Positions 23,363 to 33,380 of a stretch of DNA of 64,000 nt are shown one piece after another. Each line of letters begins with the position of its first letter. Positions within the stretch are counted from its first letter, which is position 1. Position numbers and translations under genes: made by a program. The notes under the pieces were generated by a model. The model did not search any database and was not told where the DNA came from. It saw only the letters and a program-made list of their open reading frames with translations. The DNA comes from Escherichia coli (GTDB lineage Bacteria > Pseudomonadota > Gammaproteobacteria > Enterobacterales > Enterobacteriaceae). The DNA lies in NCBI RefSeq assembly GCF_003018255.1, contig NZ_CP027440.1. One strand, given 5' to 3'.

Positions 23363-24863
23363 TTGATGGCCCTCCTTGAGGTTTTAACTCCCGTAAATGT
23401 TTGTATAGCGTGGCGCGGGCAAGCGCTAATGTGCTTATTAATTTAGGATGATGTGCATAGGGAGCTACAGATTGATTAAATAGCATTTCACACAATTGAT
23501 GAAGTTTGTCTCGTAAATCAGCTATTACCTCATCAGCTTGGGAAAAATTAATATTCGCCAATACATCGGGAATTAATAATTCACTCTGTCGATAGAAATG
23601 CCTTTCTGCAGTCTCATGAACAGAAACTCCGGCCCCTTTGAAGTCTTTATTTTTAAACCCTTCTGCAAAGGTATATAACGCCTTGCGTAAGGCTGTTTTA
23701 TATCCCAAACCAACAGTCACTATTTCGTTTATCACATTGCCGTATTGTTGCCACCCCTGATTAAACATCAACACATCATGACGCCGTTCAAGAATAGATG
23801 CTTGATTATTACGATATCCCCCCATAATCAATTCAAGAGGACTTTGCGGCGCAATATTTCTGAATTGATTCACAACCGCCGCCACGCGATTTCCATTTTC
23901 ATTTTGAATAATCTTATCTACCACAACTCGGCTGATTTGTGTCCATGATGGTGCGGAGGTGGTGAAAGCAAGAAATTTTTCCTCAACCTCCCCTTTCTTG
24001 ACTGTTACCAGACAAGGGGAATGCGGATGGGGCCATAGCCCATTAACTGTAAAGGTAAATTTTTCCTTAAGAAAACCGGTATAACGCAAATTGCTTTCCT
24101 GACCACAGCAAGAACATTTACCAATCCCAATGGGATCGCATAGTTCAATATGCGCTGGTTGCCAGAATAAACCACGGACAAACCCAATTGAAGAAGCAGG
24201 CACCGATTCATTCGGCTTGACAGGCTTAACCCAGGTAGGTTGGTTTTCCGTATGTAATTCATTGGGAAATTGTTTTTGAAGACGAGGTATTGTGAGGACA
24301 TTGAGTAATACCGTCGAGCGAAGATCGATCCCACATACGAAGGTGGTTATAGGTGTTCCTCCACGTAAACCGCTTTTAAAGCCACCACCAAAACCAGGTG
24401 CCTGATTCGCCTGGTTGAATAACGCAATCGCAGTGCATCCACCACATAATGCTTCACCCTGCCCCGGTTGATTGACAAATGCACAATTCGTCGCGCCGCT
24501 TACCCCAGCCAACAGTTTTTCCATTGGAGTCACATCATTTGCTTTGACACCTTTGGTCTGCATAAAGGGATGTTCTGCGTGATTAAGGTAGAACATATCT
24601 ATCCACGGCGCGATGAGTTGTTGAAACTCATCTTCAGTGAGCGGATTCATTATGCGATGTCGAAATTCAACGTCATCTTTTGCCGGGGCGATAATTTGCC
24701 CAATGCAAACCAGCAGTGCTAAAGTGGCCAGTTCCATATCGTCACGGGGCAAACTTAATCGCCACTGATCTCTACTGCAGTATAGCGATTGCAGATTTAT
24801 GATTTGGACTTTCCCCCCGTTTCGCGGGCGTACAGGGATCCAGTTATCAATAAGCAAATTCAT
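23355..24863 (-). CDS. casA: Cse1 (CasA) Cascade large subunit
   Basis: 502-aa ORF with N-terminus MNLLIDNWIPVRPRNGGKVQIINLQSLY. Confidence 0.95.
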   Translation of the reverse strand: MNLLIDNWIPVRPRNGGKVQIINLQSLYCSRDQWRLSLPRDDMELATLALLVCIGQIIAPAKDDVEFRHRIMNPLTEDEFQQLIAPWIDMFYLNHAEHPFMQTKGVKANDVTPMEKLLAGVSGATNCAFVNQPGQGEALCGGCTAIALFNQANQAPGFGGGFKSGLRGGTPITTFVCGIDLRSTVLLNVLTIPRLQKQFPNELHTENQPTWVKPVKPNESVPASSIGFVRGLFWQPAHIELCDPIGIGKCSCCGQESNLRYTGFLKEKFTFTVNGLWPHPHSPCLVTVKKGEVEEKFLAFTTSAPSWTQISRVVVDKIIQNENGNRVAAVVNQFRNIAPQSPLELIMGGYRNNQASILERRHDVLMFNQGWQQYGNVINEIVTVGLGYKTALRKALYTFAEGFKNKDFKGAGVSVHETAERHFYRQSELLIPDVLANINFSQADEVIADLRDKLHQLCEMLFNQSVAPYAHHPKLISTLALARATLYKHLRELKPQGGPSNG

Positions 24864-25205
24864 TTGTTCTCCTTCATATGCTCCGACATTTCTCCTGCAT
24901 TTCTATGCGTCGGCACACTTCCGTTATCGGTAAAAACAAAGAAAAAATACGGCGTAATTAATTCAATAATCACATTCACTGCAAAAATATATTCATTGGT
25001 TTAATACAATTAACCTATACATATATTAAGATGTGTTGAATTGTTTAAAGACAATAATGCATGCATTTCAAATCTGCAAGTTATTCGTTTTATTATCAAA
25101 GAAATTTTTAGTTATAATAATTACCATAAATTTTATTACATAAAATATTCATACTGTGAATATAAAATCTCATACCGGGAAATTAAAAGAAGATGTACAT
25201 TGTGC
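24864..25205 (-). promoter_or_regulatory. cas3-casA intergenic region holding the cascade operon promoter (Pcas); expected H-NS-bound AT-rich DNA
   Basis: About 340 bp of very AT-rich sequence upstream of casA; promoter and H-NS/LeuO control are taken from established knowledge of the E. coli I-E locus, and no exact -10/-35 was called. Confidence 0.55.
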
Positions 25206-25234
25206 ACTTTCCCTACTTAAGTAGGGATAAACCG
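25206..25234 (+). repeat. solitary degenerate CRISPR-repeat-like hairpin, sense on the plus strand (antisense to cas genes and arrays)
   Basis: ACTTTCCCTACTTAAGTAGGGATAAACCG against the canonical sense repeat GAGTTCCCCGCGCCAGCGGGGATAAACCG: same length, 19/29 identical, terminal GGGATAAACCG identical, 6-bp stem and 4-nt loop kept by compensatory changes. Confidence 0.6.
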
Positions 25235-25277
25235 TTATTGGTCTTGTTATCGTCATTGATACCAATCATTCCCGAAG

Positions 25278-27944
25278 TTATTTGGGATTTGCAGGGATGA
25301 CTCTGGTCATCCCTTCATCCCGAGTGTAGGTAATAACAATATTATTACCCTGCCAGATCCATCCATCCTGATTCTGTTTCCCTTCCAGCCAAAGTAACCC
25401 ATCTTCATCTACTACTTCAGAAAAATTACGTTTCCAGGTGAAGGGTACATTGACGCGATTAAGTGCTAACGCCTCATACTGCTGTTCATGACTTAGGTCC
25501 TCGTAGACCTGGCCATCGAGCAGTTGTTTACCTGAAGACGTTTGTAAATAAGGCAATAATGGCAGGCTCATTTCCCCATCCCTCGTTACCGCAAGAATTG
25601 TTTCATCGTTATCCTGCAAGCTATATTCTTCAGCCCACTGCAGAACCTTGCGAGCCTTGAACCTCTTTTCACACTCAGCGCTTTCAAACTTATCCATGCC
25701 TTTGATGACCCATTCTGGCTCATCCATTTCAGCATCATCGTAAATGCTATCCAGCCATTGCCGGTAGGCATCGGGGAAAAATAAGGATGCTCCATTAAGT
25801 TCCTCAATATGTTGCTGCGTCCGCCACATGACTCTAACGTTGCTATAAATATGCTCATGTCGTCCGTAACCTTCGCCATCAGGCAGCAAAACGGTGGCAA
25901 GAGGAACCTCAAAACCAGCGGGACGATATTTGCGATGATGGCGATGTAAACGGCCCAATCGTTGGAAAAGTAAATCTGCGGGGCAATGCTGAGTAATTAA
26001 CCAATCAAAATCAACGTCGAGTGATTGTTCCACGACCTGGGTGGCGACAAGTATCCGTCCAACATTTCGCTTCCCATTTTTGCCGAAATTGCTAATAACT
26101 CGATTCTCTTTTTCACGACGATCGTTCAGCGTAAAGCGCGCATGAAACAAATCTATATCTACTTGCGTGTTATTTAGTTCCTTTAACCGTTGGTGGCATA
26201 GCTGTGCAACATCAACCAAATTGCAGATAAGACAGACTTGTGCACCCGCATTTGCCGCTACGATCATTCGCTCTAACATCCTAAGGTCAGGTAACATGTC
26301 AGCTAAATAAATAGGTTCTGGCCGAATCGAAAAGCGGGGCGGGAGTTGTTCTGAATGAGCTAACAGATCAAAACGTTGTGCACCATTCACACCTCGCCAG
26401 TTAATGAGTGGATATGCGGAGTTATTTTCCTCTGGATCTGTATGCAGACCATAAGTATCCAGAAGTTTCTGTTTTTGTTTCATTGGTAGAGTTGCGGAAA
26501 GAAGAATAACACTCCCCCCCACATCAGCCTGAGCCTTGAGCACAGCCTCCAGCAAGCCGTTCATATACGTGTCGTAAGCATGAACTTCATCAACAATTAA
26601 AACACTTCGACCAATTCCCAAACCACGGATAAAGCGGTGTTTAACTGGCAATACCGATATCAACACCTGATCAATCGTGCAAACGCCGATTTGCCCAAGA
26701 AACACTTTCTTATTGCTTTGTGACAACCACTGACAACACTGAACCCATGCTTCTTCTTGCCCCTGCTCAGTAAATGCGCGTGATTTTATTGATTGAAAAA
26801 GGTGGTTAAAACGTGAATTACCATGAGCAAGAATAAGATTTGGGGAGGTAAATAAACGGCTCGCGTTCGCTTCCATTCTGCTGAGCATTGCATTTGCAGT
26901 AGCTTGTGTAGGGAGGGCAAAAATAACACTATCCGCAAGTTGTTGGTCAATAAGTTTCCAGGCATAGGCCAGCGCAGTTTCAGTTTTACCTGAACCCGTA
27001 GGTGCCTCTATTACCGTCAGCCCGGGCGCTACTGGAAGAGCATCAACTAACACTTGTAATTGTCTGGGTTGATAGCCATTGTCCAGTAGAGCATGAACAC
27101 CTTCATAACATCGCTTATTTGATACAAGGCCGCTCAACTCCAATACCCGGCTCGCATCCTGCTGTCGGTCCTGGAAATACGTTCTTAGAGCATTTATGTT
27201 GGAAGGTGCATCCTCTTTAAACAGAAAGGTATTCGTTGTAGTCCAGGAGCCTAACCAGTCAGCAAGCGAGCAAAAACCTGCTAACAGTGATGAACAATCA
27301 GGTGGTATATCGTTTATAGATAACCCGGCTGGCGTTAAAAATAATGCTTCGAGTACAGATATCCACTCCTCACGAGCCTGTTTATCTTGCGCAGCATAAG
27401 ATGCCAGAGAAGCTGGCATTTCCCAACGCGACTTATCTTGATCCTGGGAATGTAATATAAAACCATGATGTCCTGTAACAGCCTCTACCCATGGAAACCA
27501 GGACTCATAAGGATGAGGAGCGGCATCAAAAAAACTGAAAAAATCCCCGGGAGATTGCTCTGAAAGTGAATCCTGGTTAAACCAATACAGACCGGCTGCA
27601 CCATGATTAAATTTACGGCACATTTGTGTTGATGGACCATTAAGTGATGGCGTTGCAGGATTTAATTTCAGCCAACTTTCTGCTGATTTATATTGGAATC
27701 GTATATCAAACTTTCCGATATCATGAAGGGCAATGAAAAATAACAGCCAGGCTTTCACCTTCTGTTTTGATAGCATTTCATTTCGGCAAAAAGCATTTTG
27801 TAGTACGACTGATTGATCCCACCAGCAATCTGCAACAGCTGCAACATCCAGGCAATGATAAATCAACAGATGAATATCATTTCCTTTCGTCAGGCTTTTT
27901 GAGGATTTCCCCCAGTAATGACATATATATTTAAAAGGTTCCAT
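25278..27944 (-). CDS. cas3: Cas3 HD nuclease / SF2 helicase (type I signature protein)
   Basis: 888-aa ORF with HD-domain N-terminus (HCLDVAAVADCWW...) and helicase motifs (GSGKTE, DEVH). Confidence 0.95.
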   Translation of the reverse strand: MEPFKYICHYWGKSSKSLTKGNDIHLLIYHCLDVAAVADCWWDQSVVLQNAFCRNEMLSKQKVKAWLLFFIALHDIGKFDIRFQYKSAESWLKLNPATPSLNGPSTQMCRKFNHGAAGLYWFNQDSLSEQSPGDFFSFFDAAPHPYESWFPWVEAVTGHHGFILHSQDQDKSRWEMPASLASYAAQDKQAREEWISVLEALFLTPAGLSINDIPPDCSSLLAGFCSLADWLGSWTTTNTFLFKEDAPSNINALRTYFQDRQQDASRVLELSGLVSNKRCYEGVHALLDNGYQPRQLQVLVDALPVAPGLTVIEAPTGSGKTETALAYAWKLIDQQLADSVIFALPTQATANAMLSRMEANASRLFTSPNLILAHGNSRFNHLFQSIKSRAFTEQGQEEAWVQCCQWLSQSNKKVFLGQIGVCTIDQVLISVLPVKHRFIRGLGIGRSVLIVDEVHAYDTYMNGLLEAVLKAQADVGGSVILLSATLPMKQKQKLLDTYGLHTDPEENNSAYPLINWRGVNGAQRFDLLAHSEQLPPRFSIRPEPIYLADMLPDLRMLERMIVAANAGAQVCLICNLVDVAQLCHQRLKELNNTQVDIDLFHARFTLNDRREKENRVISNFGKNGKRNVGRILVATQVVEQSLDVDFDWLITQHCPADLLFQRLGRLHRHHRKYRPAGFEVPLATVLLPDGEGYGRHEHIYSNVRVMWRTQQHIEELNGASLFFPDAYRQWLDSIYDDAEMDEPEWVIKGMDKFESAECEKRFKARKVLQWAEEYSLQDNDETILAVTRDGEMSLPLLPYLQTSSGKQLLDGQVYEDLSHEQQYEALALNRVNVPFTWKRNFSEVVDEDGLLWLEGKQNQDGWIWQGNNIVITYTRDEGMTRVIPANPK

Positions 27945-28246
27945 TAATAGCCTCCCTGTTTTTTTAGTATTATCGATGATATCAGTGGACTATTTTTCGA
28001 TGCTGCTCATAAATATCGAATTACAGTGATATACACATGTCTTGCCTCCCTGCAAAGAAGAGACTAACATTCGAATTGCTTAGGTTCGAACGCAGGCCTC
28101 AGGTTGATAGAAATATCGCCTGGGGCTTTTGTCCATCTGGAACCTCGCGAATGCTTAACGCCAGACAGCCTCAAGCACCCAACTCCATTCTATACCTGTT
28201 AATTCTCCCTGCGATGTTCACCTTTAAATGCCGGAATGCTGCTCGC

Positions 28247-28283
28247 AAAATAAAAACGCCCCCATCATTTCTGACAGAGGCGT
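28247..28283 (-). terminator. cysH (cysJIH operon) intrinsic terminator
   Basis: On the minus strand, stem ACGCCUC/GGGGCGU followed by UUUUUAUUUU, about 20 nt downstream of the cysH stop. Confidence 0.6.
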
Positions 28284-28302
28284 TTAATTTATCCGGCAAT
28301 AT

Positions 28303-29037
28303 TTACCCTTCGTGTAACCCACATTCCCTTTTTAAGCCAAAGAAACGCGTTTCTTCTTCCGCCATGCCGGGTTCCCATTTACGGGTTGTATGGGTATCAC
28401 CGACCGATAAATATCCTTCGTCCCATAATGGGTGATATTTCAGGCCATGTTTTTGCAGGTACTGATAAATAGTTCGGTTATCCCAGTCGATAATCGGCAG
28501 CACTTTAAATACGCCACGCTGAATTGCCAGCACCGGTAAATTGGCGCGGCTGCCGGATTGTTCACGGCGCAGGCCAGCAAACCAGGTTTGCGCATTCAGT
28601 TCTTTCAGCGCCCGGTTCATCGGTTCGACTTTGTTGATCTCGTTGTACTTCTCAATCCCCTCAACACCCTGCTCCCACAGTTTACCGTAGCGCGCTTCCT
28701 GCCAGGCGGCGCTTTCGGTAGCGCGGTACACTTTCAGGTTGAGCTTGAGTTTGTCCGTTAACTCGTCAATAAAGCGGTAGGTTTCTGGGAACAGATAGCC
28801 GGTATCGGTGAGGATCACCGGAATATCCGGGCGAATCTGATTCACCAGATGCAGGCTCACCGCCGCCTGAATGCCAAAGCTGGAAGAAAGTACATATTCA
28901 CCGGGCAGATTATCCAGCGCCCAGGCAACGCGGCCTTCAGCGTCCAGTTTTTCCAGTTCGGCGTTAGTTTCCGCCAGCGCCAGAATGCGATCTACCTTCG
29001 GCAGTTCGTTCAGGGCGTTTAGATCGAGTTTGGACAT
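28303..29037 (-). CDS. cysH: phosphoadenosine phosphosulfate (PAPS) reductase
   Basis: Start at [14 protein letters not shown], giving 244 aa; C-terminal ECGLH motif. Confidence 0.95.
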   Translation of the reverse strand: MSKLDLNALNELPKVDRILALAETNAELEKLDAEGRVAWALDNLPGEYVLSSSFGIQAAVSLHLVNQIRPDIPVILTDTGYLFPETYRFIDELTDKLKLNLKVYRATESAAWQEARYGKLWEQGVEGIEKYNEINKVEPMNRALKELNAQTWFAGLRREQSGSRANLPVLAIQRGVFKVLPIIDWDNRTIYQYLQKHGLKYHPLWDEGYLSVGDTHTTRKWEPGMAEEETRFFGLKRECGLHEG

Positions 29038-29058
29038 AGATTCCTCACTGTTTGCCTT

Positions 29059-29094
29059 GCCTGATGCGACGCTCACGCGTCTTATCAGGCCTAC
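29059..29094. repeat. REP (repetitive extragenic palindromic) element between cysH and cysI
   Basis: GCCTGATGCGACGCTCACGCGTCTTATCAGGCCTAC matches the enterobacterial REP consensus. Confidence 0.8.
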
Positions 29095-29110
29095 AAGACC
29101 GGGCTAATGG

Positions 29111-30823
29111 TTAATCCCACAAATCGCGCGCCGGATCGAGCACCGGGCGAATGATGCCCGCACGCACCGTAAAGTCGCCGAAGCCTTCACCCGCTTCGCG
29201 CTCTTTCGCCCAGCGCCCTATCAGTTCATCAAGCGACGCCAGGATTTCCGGCTCGGTGATGTTTTCTTTATACATCCGTGGGATACGTGTCCCAATGCGG
29301 TTGCCGCCAAGATGCAAGTTGTAGCGACCTGGCGCTTTACCCACCAGGCCCACTTCCGCCAGCATCGCGCGACCACAACCGTTCGGGCAGCCTGTTACAC
29401 GCATCACGATATGCTCATCGCTGACACCATGTTTCGCCATTAAATTATCGATGTTGTCGATAAAAGACGGCAGGAAACGCTCGGCTTCGGCCATCGCCAG
29501 CGGGCAAGTCGGGAATGACACGCAGGCCATTGAGTTTTCACGCTGCGGCGTGACGGCATTCATTAACCCGCTCTCTTTGGCGATCTTCTCGATCTTCGCT
29601 TTCTCGCTTTCCGGCACACCGGCGATGATCAGATTCTGGTTCGCCGTAATGCGGAAATCGCCTTTGTGGATCTTCGCGATCTCCAGCAGGCCGGTTTTCA
29701 GCGGACGCCCAGGATAATCAAGGATGCGACCATTTTCGATAAACAGCGTCAGATGCCAGTTATCATCAATGCCCTTAACCCAGCCAATACGATCGCCGCG
29801 TCCGGTAAACTCATACGGACGGATCGGTTCAAATTTGATCCCCGCGCGACGCTCCACTTCCGCTTTAAACGTCTCAACCCCCACGCGCTCCAGCGTGTAT
29901 TTGGTTTTGGCATTTTTACGATCGGTTCGGTTACCCCAGTCACGCTGAGTTGTCACGACGGCTTCCGCCACTGCCAACGTATGCTCCAGCGGCAGATAGC
30001 CAAACTCACTCGCGGTGCGGGCGTAGGTTTTCTTGTTGCCGTGTTCGGTGGAAAGCCCACCGCCCACCAACAGGTTAAAGCCCACCAGCTTGCCGTTTTC
30101 GGCGATTGCCACGAAGTTCATGTCGTTGGCGTGCAGATCGATATCGTTCTGCGGCGGGATCACTACCGTGGTTTTGAACTTACGCGGCAGGTAGGTCTGA
30201 CCAAGGATCGGCTCTTCATCAGTAGTGGCGACTTTTTCCTGATCGAGCCAGATCTCCGCATACGCGCGGGTACGAGGCAGCAGATGTTCAGAGATTTTCT
30301 TCGCCCATTCATATGCTTCCGCGTGCAGTTGCGACTCGTAAGGGTTCGAGGTGCAGAGTACGTTACGGTTCATGTCGTTAGCAGTCGCCAGCGCATCAAG
30401 GCCGACCGAGTGCAGCATCTGGTGCACCGGTTTGACGTTCTTTTTCAGAATGCCGTGGAACTGAAACGTCTGGCGGTTGGTCAGGCGAATGCTGCCATAG
30501 ATGGTGTTTTCACCGGCAAATTTGTCTATCGCCTGCCACTGTTTGGTGGTGATCACGCCACCCGGCAGACGGCAGCGCAACAGCATCGCGTGGCGCGGCT
30601 CCAGCTTCTGTTCAGCACGTTCGGCGCGGATGTCGCGGTCATCCTGCTGATACATGCCGTGGAAGCGGATCAGCAGGAAGTTGTCGCCCTTAAAGCCGCC
30701 GGTCAGACCGTCGTTTAAATCTTCCGCAATGGTGCCGCGCAGGTAGTTGCTTTCAAGCTTCATGCGCTCGGCGTCTGTCAGTTTTCCTTCGACCACTAAA
30801 GGCCCTGGATGTTTTTCGCTCAT
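29111..30823 (-). CDS. cysI: sulfite reductase hemoprotein beta subunit
   Basis: 570-aa ORF with N-terminus [22 protein letters not shown]. Confidence 0.95.
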   Translation of the reverse strand: MSEKHPGPLVVEGKLTDAERMKLESNYLRGTIAEDLNDGLTGGFKGDNFLLIRFHGMYQQDDRDIRAERAEQKLEPRHAMLLRCRLPGGVITTKQWQAIDKFAGENTIYGSIRLTNRQTFQFHGILKKNVKPVHQMLHSVGLDALATANDMNRNVLCTSNPYESQLHAEAYEWAKKISEHLLPRTRAYAEIWLDQEKVATTDEEPILGQTYLPRKFKTTVVIPPQNDIDLHANDMNFVAIAENGKLVGFNLLVGGGLSTEHGNKKTYARTASEFGYLPLEHTLAVAEAVVTTQRDWGNRTDRKNAKTKYTLERVGVETFKAEVERRAGIKFEPIRPYEFTGRGDRIGWVKGIDDNWHLTLFIENGRILDYPGRPLKTGLLEIAKIHKGDFRITANQNLIIAGVPESEKAKIEKIAKESGLMNAVTPQRENSMACVSFPTCPLAMAEAERFLPSFIDNIDNLMAKHGVSDEHIVMRVTGCPNGCGRAMLAEVGLVGKAPGRYNLHLGGNRIGTRIPRMYKENITEPEILASLDELIGRWAKEREAGEGFGDFTVRAGIIRPVLDPARDLWD

Positions 30824-32622
30824 TAGTAGACATCTCGCTGATAACGGCGCTCTACGCGCAGCTCACTTAAAAATTCATCCGCCGCTTCGGTGTCCATGCC
30901 ACCAAATTCGGCAATCACTTCCAGAAGTGCCTGCTCAACGTCTTTCGCCATGCGATTAGCGTCGCCGCAGACATAAATGTGGGCACCGTCATTGATCCAG
31001 CGCCACAGCTCCGCGCCCTGTTCGCGCAGTTTGTCTTGTACGTAAATTTTTTCTTTTTGATCGCGCGACCAGGCAAGATCGATACGCGTCAGCACGCCCT
31101 CTTTGACGTAGCGCTGCCATTCCACCTGGTAGAGGAAATCTTCCGTAAAGTGCGGGTTGCCAAAGAACAGCCAGTTTTTCCCCGGCGCCTCGTCGGCGGC
31201 GCGTTGCTGCATAAAGGCGCGGAACGGCGCGATGCCGGTGCCTGGGCCAATCATAATCACCGACGTTTCCGGATTGGCTGGCAGGCGGAAGTTGTCGTTA
31301 TGTTCGATAAAGACGCGGACTTCACCATCTTCTTCCACACGATCTGCGAGGAAGCTGGAGGCACCACCGGCACGGGCGCGGCCTTCCACGTCGTAACGCA
31401 CCACACCAACGGTAACGTGCACTTCGTTCTCGACTTCCGCCTGCGAGGAGGCGATGGAATACAGGCGCGGGGTCAGCGGGCGCAGCAGGTTAATCAGCGC
31501 TTCGGCATCCAGTTGCGCCGGAGAGAAACGCACCATGTCAACAATCGGCGTGGTCGCGGCGTAATGCTGTAACTTCGCTTTATCGCCCACCAGCGGCAGC
31601 AGCGTTTCGCTGCGGGTAAGCGTGGCGTAGTTCTCAACAATATTCGCGGTGTTGACGGTCAGTTCAAAGTGCCACTGTAGCGCTTCGCTCAGGGTCAGCG
31701 TTTTGCCGTCAACGGTGACAGGTTCATCGCCTTTCAGCCACAGCAGTTCGACAAGTTCTTTCACCAGTGCCGGATCGTTCTGATACCAGACGCCCAGCGC
31801 GTCACCCGGCTGGTAACGCAGGCCAGAGTCACCTAAGTCAATTTCGATATGGCGAACGTCTTTTTCAGAGTTACGCCCGGTAATTTTCTGGTTAACAGAG
31901 AGGCTCGCCACCAGCGGCGCGTCTTTGCTGTACGGGCTGGTGTGGATTTCATTTACCGCGCCAGTAGCGACGGATTGCGAAGGTGCCGCGACAGGCGCAC
32001 GCGATTTAAGCGCATCAACCACGCGGGCGCGCCACTCGATGGCAGCAGCCTGGTATTCAACGTCGGCATCGACACGGTCGAGCAGGCGTTCACCGCCCAG
32101 TTCCGCCAGCTTACTGTCAAAATCTTTCCCGGACTGGCAGAAAAATTCATAAGAACTATCGCCGAGGCTAAACACGGCAAAAGCGGTATTTTCCAGCTTC
32201 GGCGCTTTTTTGGAGAACAGGAACTTATGCAGCGCGACGGCTTCTTCCGGCGGCTCCCCTTCCCCTTGCGTTGACGTCACTACGATGAGCAGTTTTTCGC
32301 TGGCGATTTGTTTGAATTTATAGTCGCCCGCGTTCACCAGCTTAACGTTCAGTTTTGCTGCTAATAAATCATCGCGTAATGCTTCAGCAACCCGGCGCGC
32401 ATTGCCGGTTTGCGAGGCGGAGATAATAGTTATACCCGGCATTTCTGCGGCTGGCGCTGGCGTCGCTGCAAGCGCAGCAGGCTGCTGATTGAGTACGCCC
32501 CAGAAATAGCCAGAAACCCAGGCAAGCTGGGTAGGAGTTAAATCGGTCGTGGCCGCCTGAAGGCGTGCCAGTTGCTCCGGGTTCAACGGAAGCAACGCGG
32601 AAGGTGGGACCTGTGTCGTCAT
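30823..32622 (-). CDS. cysJ: sulfite reductase flavoprotein alpha subunit
   Basis: 599-aa ORF with flavodoxin and FNR-like domains; 1-nt overlap with cysI. Confidence 0.95.
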   Translation of the reverse strand: MTTQVPPSALLPLNPEQLARLQAATTDLTPTQLAWVSGYFWGVLNQQPAALAATPAPAAEMPGITIISASQTGNARRVAEALRDDLLAAKLNVKLVNAGDYKFKQIASEKLLIVVTSTQGEGEPPEEAVALHKFLFSKKAPKLENTAFAVFSLGDSSYEFFCQSGKDFDSKLAELGGERLLDRVDADVEYQAAAIEWRARVVDALKSRAPVAAPSQSVATGAVNEIHTSPYSKDAPLVASLSVNQKITGRNSEKDVRHIEIDLGDSGLRYQPGDALGVWYQNDPALVKELVELLWLKGDEPVTVDGKTLTLSEALQWHFELTVNTANIVENYATLTRSETLLPLVGDKAKLQHYAATTPIVDMVRFSPAQLDAEALINLLRPLTPRLYSIASSQAEVENEVHVTVGVVRYDVEGRARAGGASSFLADRVEEDGEVRVFIEHNDNFRLPANPETSVIMIGPGTGIAPFRAFMQQRAADEAPGKNWLFFGNPHFTEDFLYQVEWQRYVKEGVLTRIDLAWSRDQKEKIYVQDKLREQGAELWRWINDGAHIYVCGDANRMAKDVEQALLEVIAEFGGMDTEAADEFLSELRVERRYQRDVY

Positions 32623-32800
32623 GCGTCGTTATGTTCCAGTAAGCAAAGCTGTTTCTGCGCCCTGTCAGCGCCCATAAAACAGAAGAGGAGGTAAGGTTAA
32701 CGGGGTGAACGGTGTGGATTAAAGACGGGATAGCGATAACTAATAACCAAATCGACTAACCTGTTTTAGCAATAGTCTTTAACAACAAAACAGATTAACC
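32623..32800 (-). promoter_or_regulatory. cysJIH promoter region (expected CysB-activated)
   Basis: Upstream AT-rich region divergent from queD; assignment from established regulon knowledge. Confidence 0.35.
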
Positions 32801-32937
32801 AACCCAATGAAAAACAAATGAATTTAGCCAATCATTAAGATAAATCAGCGATTTTGCGCAACAAAGTCGTTTTAGATAATGCGAAAAAACAGCCTTTCCG
32901 GTACTCTACGGCGGTTTTATCGTCCTGTAGAGAAATT

Positions 32938-33303
32938 ATGATGTCCACCACGTTATTTAAAGATTTCACCTTCGAAGCCGCTCACCGCTTACCACACGTC
33001 CCGGAAGGGCATAAATGTGGTCGCCTGCACGGGCATTCCTTTATGGTGCGACTGGAAATTACCGGGGAAGTCGATCCGCATACGGGCTGGATTATCGATT
33101 TCGCTGAACTGAAAGCGGCGTTTAAGCCAACCTACGAGCGCCTCGATCACTATTATCTCAATGATATTCCAGGTCTGGAAAACCCGACCAGCGAGGTTTT
33201 AGCAAAATGGATTTGGGATCAAGTTAAACCCGTTGTGCCGCTGTTAAGTGCGGTGATGGTAAAAGAAACCTGCACCGCAGGTTGCATCTATCGCGGCGAA
33301 TGA
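32938..33303 (+). CDS. queD: 6-carboxy-5,6,7,8-tetrahydropterin synthase (queuosine biosynthesis)
   Basis: Start at [33 protein letters not shown], giving 121 aa; the longer ORF upstream was rejected. Confidence 0.9.
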   Translation: MMSTTLFKDFTFEAAHRLPHVPEGHKCGRLHGHSFMVRLEITGEVDPHTGWIIDFAELKAAFKPTYERLDHYYLNDIPGLENPTSEVLAKWIWDQVKPVVPLLSAVMVKETCTAGCIYRGE

Positions 33304-33380
33304 TAAGAGTGTGTCGGCGGTCAATTTCCCTTAAGTAACGCTATGTTAGGGTGTTGTGTTCTGGATATCTGGGGCATGAC

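Noticed and set aside
25267-25295. A possible second repeat-like unit 32 nt downstream of the solitary CRISPR-like hairpin
   Set aside because: Only a weak GGGAT match and no hairpin; not convincing as a second repeat, so the element is treated as solitary.
28037-28435. 132-aa plus-strand ORF in the cas3-cysH intergenic region
   Set aside because: It runs through the cysH terminator hairpin and into the cysH 3' end, with no ribosome-binding site and no recognisable domain; more likely promoter or terminator DNA.
29666-30718. 350-aa plus-strand ORF antisense to cysI, and similar long antisense ORFs (470..1177, 7196..7792, 15258..15680, 16294..16914, 30979..31572, 38780..39706, 47493..48488, 49749..50351, 59433..60143)
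   Set aside because: They lie entirely within well-supported genes on the opposite strand, have arginine- and low-complexity-rich composition typical of shadow frames, and lack ribosome-binding sites.
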